Source: a virus | Lineage: Duplodnaviria > Heunggongvirae > Uroviricota > Caudoviricetes | Reading direction: 5' to 3' (one strand) | Length of the DNA stretch: 64,000 bases | Virus record (IMG/VR): IMGVR_UViG_3300032167_005013 | Part shown: positions 19,480 to 28,600 of the stretch, one piece after another | How positions within the stretch are numbered: position 1 is the first letter of the stretch | Layout of the letters: the number at the start of each line of letters is the position of its first letter | Made by a program: the position numbers and the translations under genes | Notes under the pieces: generated by a model | Database searches by the model: none | Seen by the model: only the letters and a program-made list of their open reading frames with translations | What the model was told of the DNA's origin: nothing

Positions 19480-20598
19480 ATGGGTTATACAAAACAAGGG
19501 TTTGTGAAGGGAATGACATTAGAGCATACTCACCTTATTAATATGGAAGATGGAATAATAAGTGCTTCACAAGGAGGTGTAGAGGATATTTATGCATCGT
19601 CATATGGTGTAGTACCTGGTGTTGTTGATATGAGTAAAATGAATGAGTTATTATCAGCAGCCAATGGCAAAACTATTAGGTTTAATGATGGTGAATATAT
19701 TTTTCCTTCGCATATAACAGTCCCTTCTAACATATCATTTATCGGAAACACTAAAACCATATTTAAATTATCAAGTGATAGTGCATCTAATATTCTTTTT
19801 TACATCGTTGGTTCGACTAATGTGACAATTTCAAGAATGTTTATTGATGGCGGGGCATCTAAAGTGCAACCTACGGGTAATGTCGATGATATTCTTGATA
19901 AAACAAATTCAGGCAATCGTTATGGTATTTGGTGTGAAAAAACCAGACGTGTTAAAATTACTGATGTTGATGTTTTAGGATGGGACATGTGTGGACTATA
20001 TTGTGCAGACAACGATTCAGGAGGGGGTGAATATGGCCGTTTCTTCCATACTATAGAAGTGACACGTTCTAGTTTTTATTTTAATTATTATGGTTTGTGG
20101 TTTGCTCAATATGGCGAATATAATCAGGTGGAATGTTGTAATTTTGGTGACAACTTTATTGGTGTTCTAAATGAAGGTGGAAACAATATGTATGTTGGCA
20201 ACATGTTTTGTAACAATTATTGCGGTTTTGCTTTGAATGGGGACGGAATTACTAACGAGTCACACGGAGGCTGTTATAGTTGTACTTACAACCATAATTC
20301 AATTACTGGATTAGGTGGCGGTGTTGCAATTTACATGAATAAAAGCACCGTTGGATGGAATTTTACGGGACAAAATATTTGGTATGGTGCTGTTACATTA
20401 AAAGATTGTAAAGGAGTTATATTTAATGGAAATATTTGGGGTAATGTTCAATTTACAAGTACACATTCAGAAGGATTAAAAAATCAAAATATGGTAACAA
20501 ACACATACTTCCATACCAACCCAAGTGCGGTGTTAAATGGAAATGATGGTTCGACATTTTTTGGACCTTATTTACCTGGGGGTGTGGTTAATGAATAA
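19480..20598 (+). CDS. putative tailspike or depolymerase with a right-handed beta-helix (pectate-lyase-like)
   Basis: repeated N..G / G..N turns and Gly- and Asn-rich beta-helix-like composition; start moved to ATG 19480. Confidence 0.45.
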   Translation: MGYTKQGFVKGMTLEHTHLINMEDGIISASQGGVEDIYASSYGVVPGVVDMSKMNELLSAANGKTIRFNDGEYIFPSHITVPSNISFIGNTKTIFKLSSDSASNILFYIVGSTNVTISRMFIDGGASKVQPTGNVDDILDKTNSGNRYGIWCEKTRRVKITDVDVLGWDMCGLYCADNDSGGGEYGRFFHTIEVTRSSFYFNYYGLWFAQYGEYNQVECCNFGDNFIGVLNEGGNNMYVGNMFCNNYCGFALNGDGITNESHGGCYSCTYNHNSITGLGGGVAIYMNKSTVGWNFTGQNIWYGAVTLKDCKGVIFNGNIWGNVQFTSTHSEGLKNQNMVTNTYFHTNPSAVLNGNDGSTFFGPYLPGGVVNE

Positions 20599-20636
20599 CC
20601 ACACCCCATTTTATAAAACAATAAAAATAACAAGAT

Positions 20637-22520
20637 ATGGCAACATTTTATATACAATTATCCGATAAATTGCTTAAAATAGGTGATGATGTAACTAAAG
20701 AAACAATTCATAAGGCTTTGGGGTATACTCCAAGTAGTTTTTCGGGTAATTTTAATGATTTGACTGATAACCCATTCGCAATTACTGATGATGGGGAATT
20801 TAATATTGTTGACGAAAATGGTAATATAGTAGCAAAATTCGATGATAAAGGTCTGCACGTTATTGATGTTGAAGTTATTTCTGAAGATGGTATTCATAAA
20901 CTTTCTAATAAAGTAGATAAAAATTATGTAGATAATCTAATTTTTAATGCTAATGAAAATTTACCTTTTAAAGAAGATGAATCAGGCTCTTTTGATATTG
21001 CGGATTTAAATGGTAATATAATTACCAGCATAGATAGCAATGGTGTTTCTTCTGTAGAATTTAATGCACGTGGTCATAAATTAACTGAAAAAATTGATAA
21101 TAATATACTTGAAAACCGTTTAGATGATTTAACAACAACTAATTTTTCTTCAGGAGAATATGTTGATATTACTCTTAAACAAGAGAAAGGACGCATTACT
21201 AATGTTAAAATTAGTGACACTAAGTTATCAAACGCAATTAAAATTGATGAAGACCCCGCATTTCAAATATCCGATAACAAAAATAACATTGCATTTAAGG
21301 TTGACGAAAAAGGGGCCGAGGCAGTGGAATTTCGTGCAGGTAAACATTATCTTACTAATAAAACGGAAAGAACTTACGTTGACAATGAACTTTTAAAACT
21401 TCGAGTTGATACTCAAAAATCGATAGGGAATATTAAGTTTTCTGACTTAACTGAAAATCCATTTAACGATTCAGAGGAAGGTACTTTAAAAATTGTCGAT
21501 AATAAGACTAATATAATAGTAACTATAGATAACAATGGCGTAACTTCAACTGAGTTTATTGCAGGAAAGCATAAATTAACTGAAAAATCAGATTTAAATT
21601 ATGTAAATAATAATTTTTTAAACATCAACACTTCAGTTGGCACATTAAAAGACAATATCCAAAATAATGAAAAAAATATATCATCTTTAAGTGATGATGT
21701 AGAAACTTTAACAAATGAAGTTTCTTTAAATACATCTGCTATTACTGAATTGCAAAATATAAAATATGCTTCTTCATCAAGTAAAGGTGGTGCGGCTGAT
21801 AGTGTGGCTAATGCACTAACAATTAAAGCAGGGTCAAGTAAAAACTTTAGTATCGACATTTTCAATGGTAGTTCTGTGACAACAATACCGCTACCAACAA
21901 AAATTAGTCACCTTGAAAACGATTCTAATTTAACTGATGACTTTAACGATGAATTTCATATTATTGATAATGAGGGCAATAAAATTGCGACATTTAATAA
22001 TTATGGCTTATTTGTTTCGAAAGTTACAACTGTAGAACCTATAATTTCTCAAGATTTTATTGCAGGAGAACATAAGTTGTCCAATAAAGTTGATAAAAAT
22101 CATATCGGTGATTCAGTTAAAAATGTTTTATTAACAACAAATGATTTAACCAATGAAGAAAAACAAACAATTAGAAATAACATAGGTTCTGTAAATAGTT
22201 TTGAACAGTATAGTAGTGATGGAGGAATTCTTAACGAGGAACAGTATAGAATAATGTCAAAATATTTATATACCCCATTTATGATTTCTTCTAACAGTGT
22301 GACTACAATACCAGATGAATTATTGAATGAAAGTAAAACAAATTTTTTCTGTGATTGGTGTTGGAATATAATGAGAATAACAGGTGGTGAACCAATAGTT
22401 GTAGTTGAATGGGACGACTATGATAACCCAACTAAGTTTAAAGGTCTTTTGAATGGAGTTACATATGTAGTCAATCGCACTAATTGGACCATTGCTCCTG
22501 AAGACTATTCGGGGGAATAG
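20637..22520 (+). CDS. tail fibre with five copies of an F-x-AGKHKL(T/S)xK-x-D-x-NYVDN module
   Basis: VEFNARGHKLTEKIDNN, EFRAGKHYLTNK, EFIAGKHKLTEKSDLNYVNN, DFIAGEHKLSNKVDKNHIGD, IHKLSNKVDKNYVDN. Confidence 0.55.
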   Translation: MATFYIQLSDKLLKIGDDVTKETIHKALGYTPSSFSGNFNDLTDNPFAITDDGEFNIVDENGNIVAKFDDKGLHVIDVEVISEDGIHKLSNKVDKNYVDNLIFNANENLPFKEDESGSFDIADLNGNIITSIDSNGVSSVEFNARGHKLTEKIDNNILENRLDDLTTTNFSSGEYVDITLKQEKGRITNVKISDTKLSNAIKIDEDPAFQISDNKNNIAFKVDEKGAEAVEFRAGKHYLTNKTERTYVDNELLKLRVDTQKSIGNIKFSDLTENPFNDSEEGTLKIVDNKTNIIVTIDNNGVTSTEFIAGKHKLTEKSDLNYVNNNFLNINTSVGTLKDNIQNNEKNISSLSDDVETLTNEVSLNTSAITELQNIKYASSSSKGGAADSVANALTIKAGSSKNFSIDIFNGSSVTTIPLPTKISHLENDSNLTDDFNDEFHIIDNEGNKIATFNNYGLFVSKVTTVEPIISQDFIAGEHKLSNKVDKNHIGDSVKNVLLTTNDLTNEEKQTIRNNIGSVNSFEQYSSDGGILNEEQYRIMSKYLYTPFMISSNSVTTIPDELLNESKTNFFCDWCWNIMRITGGEPIVVVEWDDYDNPTKFKGLLNGVTYVVNRTNWTIAPEDYSGE

Positions 22521-22580
22521 CATAGACCCCGAAGATACATCAACTAATGATGAAAATGAAATCATAGAAGGAGAATAAAC

Positions 22581-22613
22581 AAACCCAGGATTTTATCCTG
22601 GGTTTACTTTTTT
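22581..22613. terminator. bidirectional terminator (aaacccaggattttatcctgggttt + T-run)
   Basis: 9-bp stem flanked by an A-run and a T-run, between convergent genes. Confidence 0.6.
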
Positions 22614-25146
22614 AACTATTTTTTATCATTTTCTTTACATATTGGAGACCTGCAACAATGGTTTTCGAGTACGTAACCCCCTCCTTATAATTCTCCATGA
22701 ACGAATCGTAGAAAATCTTCATATTCTCCTTTGTTGTATTGAAAATAACGCAGTTTATCTTGCCATTAGGATTGTTTGCCGCATCAATACCAATTTGTTT
22801 CCAATCATCATACGGGAAACGCTTCTGATTAAGCCCCTTTATCTCGCCCTCATAATACTCCAATTTCGTACTTTCATTTATCTCACTTGGTTTAATCTTA
22901 ACCTTATCAGAATTGAAGAGGCTGTGGTCCTCAGTTACTTCCACCCTCATATCACCCTCAGAAACCTCGTATATTGGCTTATCGCACCCATGACGATAAA
23001 TGTATTCAGGTGAAACCCAACCACTTCTACAAAGCACTTCAAACGGCTTTTCTGAATAATCGTATTCCCTACCAAGTTCATCTACTTTAATAGCAAATGG
23101 ATTGATAAGCGTTTCAACAGGAAGAATGTCAATCAGCCCACTATTTTTCCAACGGATAAATAATGGCGTGTCAGGAGTGAAAGAGTCACCAACGATAGGT
23201 TTATAGCCAAGACTATTAAAGTGAGAAATCATAAGGCGAAGGCACATACGACCTGTACATGTTGTCCTCTCAGCACATATCTTGCTTCCCCATGGAAAAA
23301 GATTCTCGGCCCCGTATGACCCGAAAAAGCTATTACCTAACACCTTCATTTGAAGCTGTTTTTTATCATTTGCTGATTCCTCTTTTTCCACCAATTTCAA
23401 TTTATCTTTTAACTCATTAAGTTCATCATCACTACCACTAAAGTTTTTTATACGTTCTTTTAGTTTATCTATTTCTTTTCCTGCTTTTTTCTTAAGTTTC
23501 TTATATTTCTCACGTTCAGTAAGCACATATTCAAGGAACTTAAGCATTGAATCCATAAGGTCTCTACCATGAGTAATTCCCCATGTAAGAATAATTGACG
23601 GATAAAGTGAGTTAAAGTCAAATTTCGCAACATTATCAACAAATCCTACTGTGAGAAGTCTTGAGAGACCACCTGTAAATGTTCCACCTTCACCGAACTG
23701 TGGGATTGCGAGACCGTTTTCATATGACCAAGCAAGCATCAAACTTTTCCACTGTCCCGCAGTTCCCATTGTACAACATTTCTGGTATGGGACCGGTAGC
23801 ATTTTACATATAAGAAAATTGGTTGTATTGTAACGATGTTCTACCTTATCACATTCCCAAAGGTCATCAAGAAGATAACGTTCAACAATGTACTTTCCTG
23901 TGGTAGGTAAATAACCGGCCTTAATTGGTTTATCTTCAGTTACTTTATACCAATCACCATTTTCATTATTCAATGCATATGTGTTAACAGTATCATTCCA
24001 TGTATCTGAAATCTTGTCACCCGGTACATAGACACGGTTAACCTTTTCCATCTTTGAATACTTGGTAACGTACTTAAGGTCAGCCTTAAGCATATTACTG
24101 TCAATTGCCTGAGCGCGTCTTACCGCATGGAGAGAATCTGTCACAATTATTCCCGGAACGATTGTCTGCTTGAACTGTTCCACCTCACCACCAAGTTTAA
24201 GGACTGTATCCTTGGTATTCTTTCTAATAACATCATCACCAAACATTTTCATCTCCTCACAAATGTACTCAATTGGATAGTCAAGTTGTTCACATCTTGT
24301 GATAATGAAGTTCCAGTCGAAGTTTTCTCCATTATGTGCCGTAATGACGTCAGGATTAAAATATTGAATCATTGAAAGGAATACCTTAATGTTGTGCAAC
24401 TCACTTGCATCACGTTCTTCCTTTGTGTTTCCTGTTACTGTGAGGATGCGTTCAAAATCAACTTTTTTACCCTTATACATCACAGGACGATTAAAACGCA
24501 CACCAATCTGATTGATTCTATTATATCGAGGGTCGAGGCCTTCAGTCTCCAAGTCGAATATCATCCTCAAGAGTTTATCATAATCTTCATACCCCTTAAA
24601 GAATCGTTTTCCTGTGGATATCATGAACTGTTCCTGTGGAGTTACCACAAGATACTGTCTTTCATCTGCTTTTGAAACGAAATTCTCATTTTCCTCTTCT
24701 TCTGAGTTATCATCAGCCTTTGATTTCGAATATAAAGGGTTTTCGGCTTCTTTAAAGAATTTTGAAAATCTCTGATATGACATCGGCCTTTTTGCATAGA
24801 ACATGAAGATATAGCCATTGTCAGCGATTTCGGGAACCACTTCACCTTGATTATTCTTTGTATCAAGGACTTTTATGCCAATTCCAAATTCACGCATTAG
24901 GCGTTGCACTTCAGAACGGTCTCCATTGCAAAGTTTCTCACAGGCTCTTCGTGTTGCCCACACGAATGGACGGAATGGTTCCATCTTGTAGTGTTTAACG
25001 TCATTTGCGTCCCTGTAGAACACTTTTATTTTATCTTCATTGTACTTATATTCAAGATTTACGATACGTTCCTGAGGGTCGGTACCATTAATAAATGAAT
25101 TGATTACATCGGTCGTAATCTCTGTTTTTCTCTGAGGTTCAAGCAT
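22612..25146 (-). CDS. family-B DNA polymerase, N-terminal part (3'-5' exonuclease plus polymerase motifs A and B), fused to a split-intein N-part
   Basis: Exo I FDLETEG; motif A DFNSLYPSII; motif B KVLGNSFFGSYG; Tx2GR TTCTGR; then ...YKPIVGD / SFTPDTPLFI (intein block A) ... VEVTEDHSLF (block B); ATG start. Confidence 0.75.
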   Translation of the reverse strand: MLEPQRKTEITTDVINSFINGTDPQERIVNLEYKYNEDKIKVFYRDANDVKHYKMEPFRPFVWATRRACEKLCNGDRSEVQRLMREFGIGIKVLDTKNNQGEVVPEIADNGYIFMFYAKRPMSYQRFSKFFKEAENPLYSKSKADDNSEEEENENFVSKADERQYLVVTPQEQFMISTGKRFFKGYEDYDKLLRMIFDLETEGLDPRYNRINQIGVRFNRPVMYKGKKVDFERILTVTGNTKEERDASELHNIKVFLSMIQYFNPDVITAHNGENFDWNFIITRCEQLDYPIEYICEEMKMFGDDVIRKNTKDTVLKLGGEVEQFKQTIVPGIIVTDSLHAVRRAQAIDSNMLKADLKYVTKYSKMEKVNRVYVPGDKISDTWNDTVNTYALNNENGDWYKVTEDKPIKAGYLPTTGKYIVERYLLDDLWECDKVEHRYNTTNFLICKMLPVPYQKCCTMGTAGQWKSLMLAWSYENGLAIPQFGEGGTFTGGLSRLLTVGFVDNVAKFDFNSLYPSIILTWGITHGRDLMDSMLKFLEYVLTEREKYKKLKKKAGKEIDKLKERIKNFSGSDDELNELKDKLKLVEKEESANDKKQLQMKVLGNSFFGSYGAENLFPWGSKICAERTTCTGRMCLRLMISHFNSLGYKPIVGDSFTPDTPLFIRWKNSGLIDILPVETLINPFAIKVDELGREYDYSEKPFEVLCRSGWVSPEYIYRHGCDKPIYEVSEGDMRVEVTEDHSLFNSDKVKIKPSEINESTKLEYYEGEIKGLNQKRFPYDDWKQIGIDAANNPNGKINCVIFNTTKENMKIFYDSFMENYKEGVTYSKTIVAGLQYVKKMIKNS
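22885..23184 (-). other. split-intein N-terminal part (Int-N core about 100 aa beginning with Ser at 23182-23184; roughly 90 more residues continue to the stop at 22612)
   Basis: block A SFTPDTPLFI (compare CLSYDTEILT) and block B TEDH; inference. Confidence 0.5.
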
Positions 25147-25224
25147 AAATTTTAAATTATATTTAATTGTTATTTTTGGTAAGGTTAAACCATAATCACT
25201 ATGGTATCATTTACCACCATATAA

Positions 25225-25255
25225 TAATATATGTGCAAATATAGAAATAAGGTTT
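25225..25255 (-). promoter_or_regulatory. CTATATTTGCAC -7 box upstream of the polymerase N-half gene (the 13-mer tgtgcaaatatag also occurs at 8531-8545)
   Basis: TAnnTTTG consensus; seen in sequence. Confidence 0.4.
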
Positions 25256-25268
25256 GAATAAAACAAAA

Positions 25269-25295
25269 ATAAAGAGTCTTATTCAAACTCTTTAT
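25269..25295 (-). terminator. terminator hairpin (ataaagagtcttattcaaactctttat) with a T-run on the minus strand
   Basis: 7-bp stem; on the minus strand it is followed by atttttgtttt. Confidence 0.45.
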
Positions 25296-25845
25296 TCAGG
25301 TGTTTTTTTAATATAAACAAATATTCAGTTGTATGAATATCTCGTTCTCTAAGGTTTCTGCTGCCTCTAAACGCAACGTAATCAATATTTTTAACTTTTA
25401 ATTCCCCATATTTAGAAAGCATTTCTACCATTTCCTCATAAGAAATAAACCCTTCATTGTTATATGATATAATCAAATATTTTGAATCAATATCACTAAC
25501 AAGTTCTTCAAATGTTTTTAGGGCGTCATTTTTCTTATTATAAGACGATTTGTTCCAATCATCAGGTATTCCCGCGACTTTACTAATGTTAGAACCTATT
25601 TCATTCTTTATAATAGTATTAAGCATGAAATAATTAGAACCATATGGATGTTGATTATATGGTGGGTCTATATAAGTTATATCAAGCCCTTTAAGATGTT
25701 TTACCAAGACATTAGCATCCTCTTGAAAGAGACGCACATTTGAATTATAATTGGAAAACACGGGTTTTTTTAACTCTATTTTTCCCATTATACGTTCAAG
25801 GGCATTTAAACCGTTTGTCAATCTTCTTTGTAATCTTATCACCAA
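25279..25845 (-). CDS. orphan C-terminal half of a Dam-type (D12 class) N6-adenine DNA methyltransferase
   Basis: SNVRLFQEDANVLVKHLKGLDITYIDPPYNQ aligns with the E. coli Dam segment ending VVYCDPPY; no FxGxG motif I; ORF-track start is TTG and the first ATG is at 25788. Confidence 0.55.
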   Translation of the reverse strand: MVIRLQRRLTNGLNALERIMGKIELKKPVFSNYNSNVRLFQEDANVLVKHLKGLDITYIDPPYNQHPYGSNYFMLNTIIKNEIGSNISKVAGIPDDWNKSSYNKKNDALKTFEELVSDIDSKYLIISYNNEGFISYEEMVEMLSKYGELKVKNIDYVAFRGSRNLRERDIHTTEYLFILKKHLNKEFE

Positions 25846-25908
25846 TATTGTACATATAAAATAGTGTTTTAAAATTATAATTTAAGTTACGACAAAAAAC
25901 GTGCCAAA

Positions 25909-26637
25909 CTATATTATCATTTCATAAATTTCTAAAATTGCAGATGGTGGGATATTATCTTTGGTATAAACTCCATAACTATAATTGGGGTCAAGATAGA
26001 AATCAATGTTTTCAGGAATCTTACTTACATCAATTATTAACAAACAATGCTTATCCTCGTCCTGTTTTACGGTTTTAAGTTGTTTTGTAAGGCTGTATAT
26101 ATCATCAGGAGGTGTATCTTCAACAAATAGGTACACTCGTTCAGGATAAGAGAATAGTGGGTTTTTAAATCTCGGTGATAAACCTATTTTACTAATCTTT
26201 TCAACGTTCTTTTCGGAGGTAACATGATATATTCTATCCATACTCCTTACATACTTGTTTACATCATCCTGATTTTTAGGTTCAAAGTTAAGATATACCC
26301 AATTATCAATATACGGATAATCATTTTCAACAGAACAAAAATAGCCACATAAATCCATTGCTTTCTTCACTTTGTCAATGATGTTCTCATTGTTAGGTAT
26401 GATTACACGAAGTTTTTCAACTTTGTTATTACTGAAAACCTCTATCTGACTATCATCAAAATCATATAAATCAATGATATATTTTCTCGTTTTCTCTATT
26501 GGATAGGTTCTAATTAGGCCTTCCTCCAAGAAATTTCGTTTTTCATGAATCGCAATGGAAAGAGGGTTTCCATAAGAAAAATTCTCAATCACCCCTCTTT
26601 TCTCATTCCATTTCTTGATTATCCGCTTGCTAATCAT
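25909..26637 (-). CDS. hypothetical protein
   Basis: 242-aa ORF; no methyltransferase motifs. Confidence 0.45.
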   Translation of the reverse strand: MISKRIIKKWNEKRGVIENFSYGNPLSIAIHEKRNFLEEGLIRTYPIEKTRKYIIDLYDFDDSQIEVFSNNKVEKLRVIIPNNENIIDKVKKAMDLCGYFCSVENDYPYIDNWVYLNFEPKNQDDVNKYVRSMDRIYHVTSEKNVEKISKIGLSPRFKNPLFSYPERVYLFVEDTPPDDIYSLTKQLKTVKQDEDKHCLLIIDVSKIPENIDFYLDPNYSYGVYTKDNIPPSAILEIYEMII

Positions 26638-26644
26638 ATGTTAT

Positions 26645-26995
26645 TTATCTGTTAACCTTTACAAGAATATTTCTCTTAACCTTGCTTGGAATCTCATTCT
26701 CAGTCTTAAGGATGTTAAGAATTGTGTCATATACCTTCTGATAAACATCCACCCCAACAGAATCATAAGGCATTCCCACCTTACCATTAGAATTGAACTC
26801 ATGCATGTGGATATAGCCATTCATGATATCATATCTCACAGAGTGAACCCCTTCTACAGTGGTATTTCCCAACCATTTATTATAGTTTGCAAGCGAAATG
26901 GTTCTGAGCCCATAATTTCTCATAATTTCCTTAATTGCTCCACGCAACTGATACTTCTCATAGGAAGTATTGGTCTTAGCATTCTTCTTTCTCAT
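26645..26995 (-). CDS. hypothetical protein
   Basis: 116-aa ORF. Confidence 0.4.
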   Translation of the reverse strand: MRKKNAKTNTSYEKYQLRGAIKEIMRNYGLRTISLANYNKWLGNTTVEGVHSVRYDIMNGYIHMHEFNSNGKVGMPYDSVGVDVYQKVYDTILNILKTENEIPSKVKRNILVKVNR

Positions 26996-27058
26996 AAAAT
27001 TTTTCTTTTAAATTAGTAAATACAAATATATTGATTGTTTTTGAAAATACCAAAAATA

Positions 27059-27385
27059 TTAGTGTTCGATTTCAACTACGGAAACCAATTCAGTAAAATA
27101 ATCATAATCAGTGCGGGATGATTGTGTATTGTCTTTCTTTGCTTTATATACCTCAACCATTATTAGTGAGCCCGCTTGAATACTAACACCTTTCCAAAAG
27201 CCAACCAAACTCCTTTCCACCGTGTAGTTACGATATGTCACTTTTACCCATTTACCAATAAGATGGTCATATTGTCCGCCAATACTATCTGCATATTCCT
27301 TTTTAATGATTTCCTTCTTGGACTTTAACTCATGTATTTTCAAGTCAATATCAGCCATCCTATTTTCAAATTCCTTCTTTGTCAT
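27059..27385 (-). CDS. hypothetical protein
   Basis: 108-aa ORF. Confidence 0.4.
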   Translation of the reverse strand: MTKKEFENRMADIDLKIHELKSKKEIIKKEYADSIGGQYDHLIGKWVKVTYRNYTVERSLVGFWKGVSIQAGSLIMVEVYKAKKDNTQSSRTDYDYFTELVSVVEIEH

Positions 27386-27836
27386 CTTCTTCCTGTTTTT
27401 CTATTTTATATTTCTTTTCCAAAAGTTCTTTGGTCGCCCATAGAATCCCCTCATTCAATGCGGTTTCATAAGTGTGATAAAGCATATCCCATGCATCAGA
27501 GTCAATAAGTATGGAAATTTCATCCGCTACAATAAAACAATACCTCTTCAATGAAGGCATATTTGAAACCTCCACATCAATATTAAACGCCTCCCTCAAC
27601 CACCTCTGAGCATCATAATGAGTCGGAGCATCAATATTGTCGTATCCAAGACAATCATCAGGCAATGAATTATGAGAAAAAGAACAATCTTCAGCATATG
27701 AACCCCTAAACTGAGAAGAAATTCTTATGAGTTCTTCACCTTGACGGGTATAGTATCCAAATGTTCTTTCATTGAAACCCAATTTCTTAAGGTTTAAACT
27801 ACAATCTTTTGAACAAAAATCTTTATTAGACAACAT
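27366..27836 (-). CDS. hypothetical protein
   Basis: 156-aa ORF. Confidence 0.4.
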   Translation of the reverse strand: MLSNKDFCSKDCSLNLKKLGFNERTFGYYTRQGEELIRISSQFRGSYAEDCSFSHNSLPDDCLGYDNIDAPTHYDAQRWLREAFNIDVEVSNMPSLKRYCFIVADEISILIDSDAWDMLYHTYETALNEGILWATKELLEKKYKIEKQEEDDKEGI

Positions 27837-27837
27837 A

Positions 27838-28152
27838 TTATTTTTCTTTAATCGAATCTAAAATATCTTTAGCGAGTTCAGTCATTTCATTCAGACTCTT
27901 TTGAATTTCATTGGGCTCATAACAATCCATAACAACGTTATCCATGACCCAAGTACTCAATTTTGAACCATTTTCTTCCGAAAACTTTTTATATCTTTCA
28001 GGGTAAAGGTCACAATAATGTTCATAGCCAAGAAACTCGTTCCACACCATAAAAACTTTTCCGTTCGAATCAGTTTCTTCGCATCTTTTCATAAGAGACC
28101 TAATCTGTTGATGAACACATCCACCAGAACAATTACATCCTTTACATGCCAT
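27838..28152 (-). CDS. Cys-rich small protein (CKGCNCSGGC)
   Basis: 104-aa ORF with a Cys cluster near the N-terminus. Confidence 0.4.
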   Translation of the reverse strand: MACKGCNCSGGCVHQQIRSLMKRCEETDSNGKVFMVWNEFLGYEHYCDLYPERYKKFSEENGSKLSTWVMDNVVMDCYEPNEIQKSLNEMTELAKDILDSIKEK

Positions 28153-28164
28153 ATCTTTTACTAT

Positions 28165-28365
28165 TTATACAGGTTTAACTTCGTAATTCAAATCAAGCAT
28201 ATCTTGATAAGATTCGACCATTAATTTGTGTTTTACCGCCTTAGCAACCTTATGTGACTCGAAAACTCCTATACATATTCCATTCTCATATACTGCATGA
28301 GGCTTAGGCTTAAACATTTTTCTTTTTTCTTCTTTATTCATACCCCATTGCTTTTTTATAATCAT
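28165..28365 (-). CDS. hypothetical small protein
   Basis: 66-aa ORF. Confidence 0.3.
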   Translation of the reverse strand: MIIKKQWGMNKEEKRKMFKPKPHAVYENGICIGVFESHKVAKAVKHKLMVESYQDMLDLNYEVKPV

Positions 28366-28600
28366 CGTACATTAATCCAAACCTAACATCAGTAACATCC
28401 CCGGATATATAATCAAGAGCAAAATCCTTAAACCATTCAAAAGCCCTTTCCTCACCATATACAGCACCCTTGCAAAACTCATCCATCATTTCATTTTTGC
28501 TGAATTTTCTCATATCCAAACCAAGGCCCGTATTATAACTTTTAATTGATTTCAATGCAGCTTTAAACCTCTCAGGAGTTCTGTATTCTCGTTTATCCAT
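28334..28600 (-). CDS. hypothetical protein
   Basis: 88-aa ORF. Confidence 0.35.
   Translation of the reverse strand: MDKREYRTPERFKAALKSIKSYNTGLGLDMRKFSKNEMMDEFCKGAVYGEERAFEWFKDFALDYISGDVTDVRFGLMYDDYKKAMGYE

Noticed and set aside
25846-25911. The ORFs 25909..26637 and 25279..25845 share a reading frame, which suggested stop-codon readthrough or TAG recoding that would make one long methyltransferase.
   Set aside because: Two in-frame stops (TAG at 25909-25911 and TAA eight codons further down the minus strand) intervene. The upstream protein has no methyltransferase motifs. Long ORFs elsewhere are intact under the standard genetic code.
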